A DNA stretch of 64,000 bases from positions 1,152,001 to 1,216,000 of the forward strand of contig CBDFJQ010000002.1 of assembly GCA_965248575.1 (NCBI GenBank), read 5' to 3'. Source of the DNA: Planctomycetota bacterium (lineage in GTDB: Bacteria > Planctomycetota > B15-G4). The position numbers and the translations under genes were made by a program. Under the pieces are notes generated by a model. It had not been told where the DNA came from. It saw nothing but the letters and a program-made list of their open reading frames with translations, and did no database searches. Below, piece by piece: positions 45,751 to 54,497 of the stretch (positions within the stretch are counted from its first letter, which is position 1; every line of letters starts with the position of its first letter).

Positions 45751-46569
45751 GTGCAAGGTGCCCTATCAGCCCCGTCGGCTGTGGCCTCCCTGCGAGCCTG
45801 CCCCCATCCGTGGCTGATCGGCGTTCTCCACCTGCCGACGCTGCCCGGTGCTCCGGGGGCTCGTGTCCCCATCAGTGACGCGGTCAGGCACGCGGTCGAG
45901 GACGCGCTCGTTCTCCAAGGTCTCGGCTTCAGTGCCGTTATGGTCGAGAATTTCCACGATGTGCCATTCCCTGCTGGACACGCCGCTCCCGAGACCATCG
46001 CTGCGATGGCCGTCGTGACGCGTGCCATCACGGAGGCCGTGAAGATTCCCGTCGGCGTACAGGTTCTCCGCAATGATTCGTTGGCCGGGCTCGGCATCGC
46101 CGTCGCCTCTGGGGCCAGCTTTATTCGGGTGAATGTGTTGAGTGGAGCGGCAGTGACCGACCAGGGGTTGATCCAGGGACAGGCCGATGTCCTGCTCCGA
46201 CGCCGCGAGGCGTTGGGGGCAGATGTCATGATCCTCGCGGATGTGGACGTGAAACACGCCACATCCCTCGACAGCAGACCGCTGACGGAACGGGCCGCCG
46301 ATCTGGCGAACCGTTCCGGCGCTGATGCTGTGCTCGTCACCGGGAGCGCCACTGGCGCTGCTGTCGACCTCGATCAATTGGCTTCCGTGAGCCATGCAGT
46401 CGCACCCACGCCGGTGTTGGCTGCCAGTGGAACCACTCCAGACACCTTGCGCGCAACCCTTGATCGCTGTGCCGGCACGCTTGTCGGCAGCGCACTCAAG
46501 GGAGAGATGGCAGGGCGAGTCGATCCGATTCGCGCCGCCGCCTATGCAGAGCGCAAACTTCATGAGTGA
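45751..46569 (+). CDS. BtpA/SgcQ family protein
   Basis: IGVLHLPTLPGAP, MVENFHDVPF, GVQVLRND, FIRVN, TDQGLIQG, ADVDVKHA, VTGSATG. Start uncertain. Confidence 0.9.
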   Translation: MQGALSAPSAVASLRACPHPWLIGVLHLPTLPGAPGARVPISDAVRHAVEDALVLQGLGFSAVMVENFHDVPFPAGHAAPETIAAMAVVTRAITEAVKIPVGVQVLRNDSLAGLGIAVASGASFIRVNVLSGAAVTDQGLIQGQADVLLRRREALGADVMILADVDVKHATSLDSRPLTERAADLANRSGADAVLVTGSATGAAVDLDQLASVSHAVAPTPVLAASGTTPDTLRATLDRCAGTLVGSALKGEMAGRVDPIRAAAYAERKLHE

Positions 46570-49027
46570 ACACCCCGTCCGCCACGCGGACACAATCATC
46601 TTTCCTGCCAGCCTCGACCCCAAGGGCGTCTCCGTCGTGCGACGCCTGCGCGAAGCTGGATACGAGTCCTACCTCGTCGGCGGCTGCGTCCGGGACTTGT
46701 TGTTGGGGCACATTCCCAAGGACTACGACGTCTCGACCGAGGCGCGACCCAGGCAGATCCGGCGCGTGTTTCGCAACTGTCGGGTCATCGGTCGGCGCTT
46801 CAAGCTGGCCCATGTGCACTTCGGCGATCACATCATCGAAGTCGCCACCTTCCGGCAGAACCCCACCCAGGACTCCGTAGGCACTGTGGGTGAGGTCGAG
46901 AGCCAGCCCGCGCAGGGCGCTGGACCGGAAGGGGAACCGCCAGTGGATGCCCCAGTGGATGCCCCAGTGGATGCCCCAGTGGATGCCCCAGTGGATGCCC
47001 CGGTGGATGCCCCTGTGAATGCCCCGGTGGATGCCGAGCTGGATGCCCCGCCAGAGGCGCCCAGCGCCGAAGAGGCCGACGAGCTGCTGATCACCCGCGA
47101 CAATGTCTACGGCACTGCCGAGGAAGACACGCTCCGGCGGGACTTCACCATCAATGCCCTGCTGTACGACGTGCTCACGGACGAGGTCATCGACTACGTC
47201 GGCGGTGTCGCAGACATCAACAGCCGCACACTGCGCACCATCGGCGACCCCATGGTGCGAATCGCCGAAGATCCGGTGCGCATGCTGCGCGCCGTCAAGT
47301 TCACGGCCCGCCTCGATCTGCAGCTGGAACCTTCCCTCGATCACGCCATGCGTGAGTGCTCCACCTTCATTACTCGCAGCGCCCCTCCGCGCGTGCTCGA
47401 GGAGATCTTCAAGCTCCTGTCCTGTGGTGCCGCCAAGCGTTCCTTGGAGCTCCTGCTTGACTACGGCCTGCTGGCGGAACTCTTGCCGGAGGTCGCAGAG
47501 CATTGGACAGAAAACAGGGAGACGCTGATCCAGCTGGGCGCCGCACTCGATCACGTCGACAAGGCTCAGCGCAAACTCAGCAATGCGCTCCTGATTGCGG
47601 TGTTGTTCCATGACCCATGGCGCAAGATGCTCGACCAGTCTGAGCGTGTGGACCCCCTGGTGGCAGCCCGTGACCTGATGGCGCCGGCAGCTCTGCGCAT
47701 GAACATCCCGCGTCGGGATGTCTCCTCCGCGTCCCAACTCCTGCTCAACCAATCGCGGCTCGAGCGCTCGCGCCGCGGCCGTCGATTCCGCATGCAGGAT
47801 TTCCTCGCGCGCCCCACCACCGTCGAGGCCATCGACCTGCTCTATGTGCGCGCCCTGGGGGGCGCAGCCGACGCCGAGAACCACGCGCGCTGGGCCATGC
47901 GACTGCTCGAACACTGCGGTGCCGAGGCCATTCCGGGTGCTCCGCGAGCGGAACGTCCAGCCCAAGAAGAGGAGAAGCCTCGCCGTCGACGGAGTCGCGG
48001 CGGACGACGGCGGTCGTCCAACCGTGGCGATTCGGACACGGCGCAGCAGTCGTCTTCAAGCCGATCCCAGGGCGAGGGGCGTCGCCCTCGCTCGCAGCCC
48101 GAGGAAGGGAATGCTGCAGCCGGTCAGAGCTCGCGTTCCTCCAAGGCTGCTGGCTCGAATCGACACAACCGGAGCGACAAGGTCGCTGGAGAAACCGCCG
48201 GGGCCCATCCGCAGCCACCAGTGGCGGCATCTGAGCCTTCACCTGGGACCTCACCTGGGCCTTCAACGGCACCGGTCAGCGCGGCTCCCGCCCCCGAAGC
48301 ACCGTCGGGTCTCAAGGGCAAAGTGAAGGCGCTCTTCCGGCGCGTTCTGGGGCGCTCCGACGTCGCCGGGGATTCGGGGGCCGCAGCAGCCGGATCGGCC
48401 GCGCCAGGCGGGTCACCGGCGTCGCCCACAGCGCGCACCGGTCCGACGAACACTCAGCCCGACACGCAAAGCGGATCGTCAGACAGCACGCACGCTGAGT
48501 CCACGGAGGCCGGGCAGCGCACCGGGTCAACCACGAGTTCCTCCGATGCATCGGGCGGGACTCGCAGCAGAAGTCGCTCACGTCGCCGCCGCCGTCGCCG
48601 GTCGTCCACCGGCTCATCCACTGGGAACGAGCAGCCTTCAGAGAATGGAGAGCACCGAGAGCCGACAAGCGCTTCGGATGGAGACCGGAGCGACTCCGCA
48701 TCGACATCGGCGAGGCAGCAGAGCGGCGACGGCAAGTCGCGCTCGTCCCGCGGCCGTCGTCGCCGAGGATCACGCTCTGGATCTGGTGCTGGCTCCGGCA
48801 GCGGGAGTGGCGGCGGTTCCCGATCCAGGGGCGGTGAAGCCCCGAGCGAGCGAGGCAGCTCCGGCGGATCCAAGAGGAGTGGCGGCCAACGAAAGAAGAG
48901 CGGCACGTCCGACTCCAAACCGAGGTCCGGAGGCCGCGATCCCACTGACCCGAAGGAGTCCTCGGCGGAATCATCTGACCCGTCGCAGCGTCACCCCGAA
49001 GACGTCGAGGACATGTTCGACTGGTAG
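46562..49027 (+). CDS. pcnB: Poly(A) polymerase PcnB with long disordered C-terminal extension
   Basis: YLVGGCVRDLLLG..PKDYDVST, PAP signature VIGRRFKLAHV, EVATFR, DNVYGT, RRDFTINAL, EDPVRMLRAVKF. Confidence 0.9.
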   Translation: MSEHPVRHADTIIFPASLDPKGVSVVRRLREAGYESYLVGGCVRDLLLGHIPKDYDVSTEARPRQIRRVFRNCRVIGRRFKLAHVHFGDHIIEVATFRQNPTQDSVGTVGEVESQPAQGAGPEGEPPVDAPVDAPVDAPVDAPVDAPVDAPVNAPVDAELDAPPEAPSAEEADELLITRDNVYGTAEEDTLRRDFTINALLYDVLTDEVIDYVGGVADINSRTLRTIGDPMVRIAEDPVRMLRAVKFTARLDLQLEPSLDHAMRECSTFITRSAPPRVLEEIFKLLSCGAAKRSLELLLDYGLLAELLPEVAEHWTENRETLIQLGAALDHVDKAQRKLSNALLIAVLFHDPWRKMLDQSERVDPLVAARDLMAPAALRMNIPRRDVSSASQLLLNQSRLERSRRGRRFRMQDFLARPTTVEAIDLLYVRALGGAADAENHARWAMRLLEHCGAEAIPGAPRAERPAQEEEKPRRRRSRGGRRRSSNRGDSDTAQQSSSSRSQGEGRRPRSQPEEGNAAAGQSSRSSKAAGSNRHNRSDKVAGETAGAHPQPPVAASEPSPGTSPGPSTAPVSAAPAPEAPSGLKGKVKALFRRVLGRSDVAGDSGAAAAGSAAPGGSPASPTARTGPTNTQPDTQSGSSDSTHAESTEAGQRTGSTTSSSDASGGTRSRSRSRRRRRRRSSTGSSTGNEQPSENGEHREPTSASDGDRSDSASTSARQQSGDGKSRSSRGRRRRGSRSGSGAGSGSGSGGGSRSRGGEAPSERGSSGGSKRSGGQRKKSGTSDSKPRSGGRDPTDPKESSAESSDPSQRHPEDVEDMFDW
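46940..47047 (+). repeat. 12-bp tandem repeat (CCAGTGGATGCC) x ~9 encoding (PVDA)n
   Basis: Five perfect units followed by four degenerate units, in frame within pcnB. Confidence 0.95.
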
Positions 49028-49042
49028 GCGCCGCGTCAGGCG

Positions 49043-49783
49043 TCAGTGCGGGTTGAAGGTCTCGTCGTCGTAGCGATGACAGGCCTGGCAAGCGAGGGCA
49101 TCCAGGCCGTGGACCACGGCCTTCCGCTCCGAGCGCGACACCTGGAAGCTGTGACCCTGGCGCAGGACCACCGTCCGCGTGTCATTGTCGTGCACGAGCA
49201 CCGCGGGGCCACGCGTGACATCAACCTGGATCACGCGATCCCCTTCCACCTTCAGCGGTGCGACCTCACCTCGGGTGCAGTTGTTGAAGGCGATCCCGAT
49301 CCCGGACTCGAAACGTTCGCGGGTCACGGTGTGAAAATAGCCGGTACTGCCAAAGGGCGTGGCGAACACCAGGCCATCACCGGTGGTCTCGACTCCGACC
49401 TCGTTGCCGTCCACGTAGAGCCGGAAGCGCAGTGCCAAGGCGGGGTTGTCATTGCGCAGGACGACGTCGTTGAGCGCATGAAAGCGGGCGTGGCCCAGGC
49501 GACAGACCAGCATTTCCAAACTCGCACACTCCAGGTCACCGTCCCGGAAGCGCTCCAAGACAGCTTCCAGCTCGTGCAGCGGACAGAGCTTTGCCGAACG
49601 ACCCAGGCGCGCTGACAACTTGGGCACCCCCGGCAACATGCGCTCGGCCCGCAGCAGGGTTCCATCGCCGCCATGGCACAAAACGATGTCGGGCTCCCGA
49701 TCCACCACCTCGAAGCCGGCGGCCGAGGCGCACTCCGCGGCTCGCTCCCGGAGGTCGCCCACGATCATGATGCGCTGGCTCAT
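49043..49783 (-). CDS. NAD(+)/NADH kinase family protein (short form)
   Basis: GGDGTLLRA, ALNDVV, GDGLVFATPFGSTGY. Confidence 0.88.
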   Translation of the reverse strand: MSQRIMIVGDLRERAAECASAAGFEVVDREPDIVLCHGGDGTLLRAERMLPGVPKLSARLGRSAKLCPLHELEAVLERFRDGDLECASLEMLVCRLGHARFHALNDVVLRNDNPALALRFRLYVDGNEVGVETTGDGLVFATPFGSTGYFHTVTRERFESGIGIAFNNCTRGEVAPLKVEGDRVIQVDVTRGPAVLVHDNDTRTVVLRQGHSFQVSRSERKAVVHGLDALACQACHRYDDETFNPH

Positions 49784-51174
49784 GCCCGGCCCTCCGGCTC
49801 AGCAGACACGAGAGCGCCCAGGATCAGGTCGTGGATGTCCGTGTGCCTCTTGACCCTCTCGGCGGCTGCCGCCAAGCCAGGGGACCCCATGGCGACCGGC
49901 CAAAGTGCCCGGTCCTCTGGCCTGTGGCCGTGGCTGCCTTTGACCATTCGTGCGTCCAAGGGGATGACATCCAAGAGGTTTCGGAAACCAAGTCGGCGTG
50001 CGAGCAACCGACGGGCGATGCGCAACTTGGGAGCACTCAGCTCCGGATCGAGAAACAACTCGCCGGGGTCGTAGCCCGGTTTGCGATGAATGTCCACCGT
50101 CCGCGCGTAGTCCGGGGCGCGATCATCCTCCAACCAGAAAGGATAGGCGAACCAGGCCCGCGGTTCCGCCTCGAGAATCAGCTCACCGGCACGAGGATGG
50201 TCGAGGCCGGACGCCGCACGTTCGGGTCCCGACTCCACGCGCCCCACCCCGGGGAGCGCTTCCAGCAGCGCACGCGCCGCGGGCACATCAGCCGGGTCGG
50301 CCACGTACACATGGGCGACCTGGTGGTCGCACACGGCAAAGGCCCTGCTCGCTCCAGCGTCCAGGGTCTCGCCCACCGAGTCCTGCCACAGAACCGTCAG
50401 CAAGCCCGCCTCGCGCAGGGCGCGGTTGGGGTAGACCACCTGATCCACCTCGCCGATTCCATACTCCGAGACGACGAGGACTTCCATGCCGGCATCCCGC
50501 GCCGCATCCACGAGACGACCCGCTTCGGCATCCACCAGCTCGACCTGCGCAGCGACATCAGCTCCGTGCGGACCTTGCTGTTGAAGCACGTAGTCCAGGT
50601 GAGGGAGATACGCGAAAAGGACGTCCGGCTTGTCTGTCGCAAGCACGTCCAGGCTGGCGTCCACGATCCAGCGGGTCGATGAGATGTCGGCGGCCGGCCC
50701 CCAGAAACGGAACAACGGGAAGGCCCCGAGGCGCTCCTCCAGCCGACCTCGCAGGCTGTGCGGCGTCGTGTACACCCCCGGGATCTTGCGGCCGTCTGCC
50801 GGGTACTCAGGGCGCGGCGTCACGGACACGTCGGCGGAGGAATACATGTTGAACCACCAGAACATCTGGGCCACCCGCAAGTCAGGCCGCTGCTCTCTGG
50901 CCGTGTCCCACACCGAGGGCGCTTGAACGAGGCGATTCGACTGCCGCCAGAACAGCACTTCGGAGAGCTCGTGGAAGTACCATCCGTTGCCCACCACGCC
51001 GTGCTCACTGGGGTCACGCCCCGTCAACATGGAGGCCTGTGCGGTGCATGTCACCGCGGGGAAGGCTGGTTCCAGCGGGACCTGCCAGCCAGATTCGGCC
51101 AGGGCGCGCATGCGCGGACCCATGAGCGACGGAACCAGGCCGACGATGTCGAGAACGAGTAGTCGGGACGTCAT
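49780..51174 (-). CDS. Alkaline phosphatase / nucleotide pyrophosphatase family protein (EboF-like)
   Basis: VLDIVGL, FPAVTCTAQASMLTG, HGVVGNGWYF, FWGP, YLPHLDY, VSEYG, DHQVAHVY, APDYARTVDIHRKPGYDP, VKGSHG. Confidence 0.9.
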   Translation of the reverse strand: MTSRLLVLDIVGLVPSLMGPRMRALAESGWQVPLEPAFPAVTCTAQASMLTGRDPSEHGVVGNGWYFHELSEVLFWRQSNRLVQAPSVWDTAREQRPDLRVAQMFWWFNMYSSADVSVTPRPEYPADGRKIPGVYTTPHSLRGRLEERLGAFPLFRFWGPAADISSTRWIVDASLDVLATDKPDVLFAYLPHLDYVLQQQGPHGADVAAQVELVDAEAGRLVDAARDAGMEVLVVSEYGIGEVDQVVYPNRALREAGLLTVLWQDSVGETLDAGASRAFAVCDHQVAHVYVADPADVPAARALLEALPGVGRVESGPERAASGLDHPRAGELILEAEPRAWFAYPFWLEDDRAPDYARTVDIHRKPGYDPGELFLDPELSAPKLRIARRLLARRLGFRNLLDVIPLDARMVKGSHGHRPEDRALWPVAMGSPGLAAAAERVKRHTDIHDLILGALVSAEPEGRA

Positions 51175-51242
51175 TCTGGGAGCATAGCGAACCAAAGCCC
51201 CCGCTCCTGGCACCGGATGCGGCGGTTACACTCGACCCATCC

Positions 51243-52280
51243 ATGAGCCTGGCCATGGGGTGCAGGTCCCGCCACCGCGCCCCCCAGCACACCTGGCGGC
51301 AAGACACCTCGGAGATCCCCTTGCTGACGGACCGCCTGCTGCGCACCGTCGCGAGCCGCTACCTGGGCAAACCGGATCTGGCTGATTTCCTCGCCATCCG
51401 GTTCCCGGATCTGCGCAGCCTGATGTCCGGGGCCCGGAACGAGCTGGCCTACCGCTTGGGGCTCACCGGCGCGGCCCGCCTGACCACCCTCAACGTCGAA
51501 CTGACCAGCCGTTGCAACGCCGCCTGCAGCTACTGCGACGTGAACCGACAGCTCGGTCGACCCAACCAGGACCTGGACCTCGACACCTACGCCCGCCTGC
51601 TGGAGCAACTCCCCACTCTCGAGGAGGTGCTGCCGTTCCAGTGGGGAGAGCCCCTGCTTTACCCCGCGCTGGACGAAGCGTTGCGCCTCGCCACCCAGCA
51701 GCAGCTGCGTTCGTATGTCACGACCAACGGCCTGCTCCTGGATGGGAGCCGCTTCCGCGCCCTGACACGTGCCGGCCTGACCCGCCTGACCGTTTCCCTC
51801 GACGGCGAAGCGCTGAACCATGAGCAGCGACGAGGCTATGCTCAGGACGAGATCCTCGAGCGGCTCGCGGAGGCACGTGGCATCCAGCAGCGGGAGGCCG
51901 CGGCCACCAAGCTGGACGTGTCGATGGTGGTCGACGACGAGGTCGCCCACCTCCTGCCAGCCTTCCGCCAGCGCATGGCGCCCCTCTGCGATCGCGTGCA
52001 GTTCATCCCTCGTATGCTGGACGCCACTCGCAGCACATCATGCCGGGAGCCTTCGCGAGGCGTGTTGGTGGTCCTCAGCGACGGCCGTGTCACCACCTGC
52101 TGTGCTGATGTCCGGGGCGAGCTGGATCTCGGACATGTCGAGGACCCACGGTTCGCCCAGGTCTACACGTCGCCCGCCTTCCAGGAGCTCCGCCGCCAGC
52201 ATCGCCAGGGAGAGCTGCCGAAGACGTGCCGGAACTGCAGTGAGTGCAACGTCCAGGGGGTCAGCCCTCGCTTCTCATGA
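51243..52280 (+). CDS. Radical SAM protein with SPASM/twitch domain
   Basis: ELTSRCNAACSYC, WGEPLLYP, TTNGLLL, VSLDG, CREP..DGRVTTCC..CRNCSEC. True start may be near 51321. Confidence 0.88.
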   Translation: MSLAMGCRSRHRAPQHTWRQDTSEIPLLTDRLLRTVASRYLGKPDLADFLAIRFPDLRSLMSGARNELAYRLGLTGAARLTTLNVELTSRCNAACSYCDVNRQLGRPNQDLDLDTYARLLEQLPTLEEVLPFQWGEPLLYPALDEALRLATQQQLRSYVTTNGLLLDGSRFRALTRAGLTRLTVSLDGEALNHEQRRGYAQDEILERLAEARGIQQREAAATKLDVSMVVDDEVAHLLPAFRQRMAPLCDRVQFIPRMLDATRSTSCREPSRGVLVVLSDGRVTTCCADVRGELDLGHVEDPRFAQVYTSPAFQELRRQHRQGELPKTCRNCSECNVQGVSPRFS

Positions 52281-53458
52281 GCATGCACAGCCGACTCCTC
52301 GATCTCTGCAAGTCCTTGGACGCCAGCCTGGGCGGCCTCGTGGTGCGCTTTGCTCCAGGGACGACGAACCGAAAAATGCCCCGCCGGCCCACGGACGTCG
52401 TGCTGATCCGGCTCTGGGGGTTGGGCAACCTGGCGCTGCTGGCACCGCACCTCGCGGCGTGCCGAGACTCCACGCGCTTGCGCCTGCTCACTTTGGAACG
52501 AAACCGGGAGTTCGTAGTCCAGCACTTCCCCTGGGTCGAAGTGTTGTCGCTCCCCGATCCCAGCTCTCTTCGACTCCCGCTGGCGCTGTTCCATCACGCA
52601 CGGAGTCTTGCCCAGGATCCGCCCGAGGTCTTGCTCGACCTGGAGCAGTTCCTGCGCTTGCCCTTGTGGCTGTTCCGTCGCGTCACAGGCGCACCCAGCA
52701 TCGGGCTGGACACGCCCATGCAAGGCCGCAGCCAGCTGCTCGACAAGCCGGTCCGTCACGACGCAACGCGCCACGTGGCCGAGACCTTTGCAGCACTGTG
52801 GCGGGCAGCTGGCTTGAACACGGGCGTTGGCCCTGGGCCTCTGCGCGTGGACCCCAGCGCGTTGCCCAGGCTTCCAGAAGGCTGGTCGCCTTCATCATGC
52901 AGGCGTCCGTTGATCGTGGTGCACCCGGGCTCCGGTGACCATTTCCCCGGCCGGCGCTGGTCGCCGCAGCGCTTTGGCCAATTGGCGAAACGGCTGGCCC
53001 GATCCACGGGCGCCCGGGTCGTGCTCACGGGGCTGGACGCGGAGGCTGAACTGATTCGGGAGGTGCTGCAAGCCTTGGGCAGCACGGCCTCCCTCAACCT
53101 CTGCGGACAACTGGAAACACGGGCACTGGTCGCCCTGCTCGCAGAGGCCGACCTCTTGCTCACGAACGACACGGGCCCGCTCCATCTGGCCGATGCCCTT
53201 GGCACGCGAAGCGTCGCCTTGTATGGGCCCAACACACCCCATCGCTACGGCCCTCGCACAGTGGGGTCCCGCGCGGTCTTCGCCGATCTTCCCTGCAGCC
53301 CCTGCCTCGACGATCGCAGCATGAAGCGTTCTTCCTGCAGGCACTTCGCTTGCATGGATGCCCTCAGTGTGGACGCCGTCGAGTCGATCTGCATGGAGAG
53401 CCTGCAAGGCAACATGCTTCGCCGAGTGGATACAGCGTCCCATGCCCTCGCGCATTGA
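52277..53458 (+). CDS. Glycosyltransferase family 9 (heptosyltransferase-like)
   Basis: LWGLGN, VHPGSG..RRW, TNDTGPLHLADALG, LYGP, LPCSPC..C..C. Confidence 0.9.
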   Translation: MSMHSRLLDLCKSLDASLGGLVVRFAPGTTNRKMPRRPTDVVLIRLWGLGNLALLAPHLAACRDSTRLRLLTLERNREFVVQHFPWVEVLSLPDPSSLRLPLALFHHARSLAQDPPEVLLDLEQFLRLPLWLFRRVTGAPSIGLDTPMQGRSQLLDKPVRHDATRHVAETFAALWRAAGLNTGVGPGPLRVDPSALPRLPEGWSPSSCRRPLIVVHPGSGDHFPGRRWSPQRFGQLAKRLARSTGARVVLTGLDAEAELIREVLQALGSTASLNLCGQLETRALVALLAEADLLLTNDTGPLHLADALGTRSVALYGPNTPHRYGPRTVGSRAVFADLPCSPCLDDRSMKRSSCRHFACMDALSVDAVESICMESLQGNMLRRVDTASHALAH

Positions 53459-54497
53459 GGCGACCCGCCGCTACATCGCCCTGGCGCGAGCGGTCCAGCG
53501 CGCTCGGCGGGCAGCCTTCGACCCGTTCAAGCTGACCTGGATTCTCACGGAGCAGTGCTCCCAGCATTGCCGGAGTTGCAACCTCTGGGTGGGCCAGCCA
53601 GCGCCCGGGCCCAGCATGGAGGAGATCCAGCGCTTGCTGGAGGCCAACCGTCACCTCACCTGGCTGAACCTCTCGGGCGGCGACTTCGTAGAGCGCGCGG
53701 AGGCAGCGCAGATCATTGAGGCTGTCACCCACGCCCTGCCGGACCTCGCCCTGCTCGACTTTCCTACGGCGGGCCAGGACACGAAAGCCGTCTTGCGGGC
53801 ACTGGAACCGGCCCTCGACTCGCAGGTGCCGCGTGTCTATGTCACCGTGAGTCTGGATGGCCCCGATGACGTGCACGACACGATTCGGGGCAGCGTGGGT
53901 TCTGCCGCGCGCGCACGGGAAACCCTGCGAGCGCTCCAGGCCATCCGTCGCCCGGGCTTCACGGCCGTGGCGGGCATGACGCTCTCGAGCCACAACCTCC
54001 CGGAGAGCATCCCGGAGCGCCTGGCGGACCTGCTGCCCAGCCACTGCCCGCCCTCGGATCTGCATCTGAACCTGGCCCACCACTCCACGCACTACTACCG
54101 CAACAAGGACTCGGTCCAGCCCCCCACCCAAACGGCACAGGCCCTGATCGAGTTCGTGGAGACGGCTCGCAAATCGCGCTGGAGCCCGCTCGGCATCATG
54201 GAGGGCCGCTACTGGAAGTTCGCCCGACGCTACCTGGACTCCGGCGATGTGGGCGGTCGCTGCAGCGCCTTGCGGGGGAGTGTGTTCCTGGGTGCCGACC
54301 TCTCCCTCTATCCCTGCTCGATCTTCGATCGCCCGTTGGGCAACCTGAGAGACGTGAGCTACTCCCTGCGACGCATGAACGAACTCGCCGAGAGCGCCCC
54401 CACCTTGGTGGAGGTGGAGGCCCGCCGCTGCCCTGGTTGCTGGTCCCCGTGCGAGGCCTTCCCGACGCTGCTGGTGGGTCGAGGCAGCCCCCTTTGA
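53442..54497 (+). CDS. Radical SAM protein with C-terminal Cys-rich domain
   Basis: TEQCSQHCRSCNLW, NLSGGD, VSLDGPDDVHDTIRG, CSAL..YPC..CPGCWSPC. Confidence 0.87.
   Translation: MPSRIEATRRYIALARAVQRARRAAFDPFKLTWILTEQCSQHCRSCNLWVGQPAPGPSMEEIQRLLEANRHLTWLNLSGGDFVERAEAAQIIEAVTHALPDLALLDFPTAGQDTKAVLRALEPALDSQVPRVYVTVSLDGPDDVHDTIRGSVGSAARARETLRALQAIRRPGFTAVAGMTLSSHNLPESIPERLADLLPSHCPPSDLHLNLAHHSTHYYRNKDSVQPPTQTAQALIEFVETARKSRWSPLGIMEGRYWKFARRYLDSGDVGGRCSALRGSVFLGADLSLYPCSIFDRPLGNLRDVSYSLRRMNELAESAPTLVEVEARRCPGCWSPCEAFPTLLVGRGSPL

Noticed and set aside
46940..47047. Repeat array considered as CRISPR
   Set aside because: 12-bp contiguous units with no spacers, in frame within a CDS, and no cas genes
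36908..49027. Split CC-adding plus A-adding tRNA nucleotidyltransferase pair
   Set aside because: One enzyme retains the flexible loop and EDxxR of a full CCA enzyme, and the other has the PAP-specific IGRRF signature
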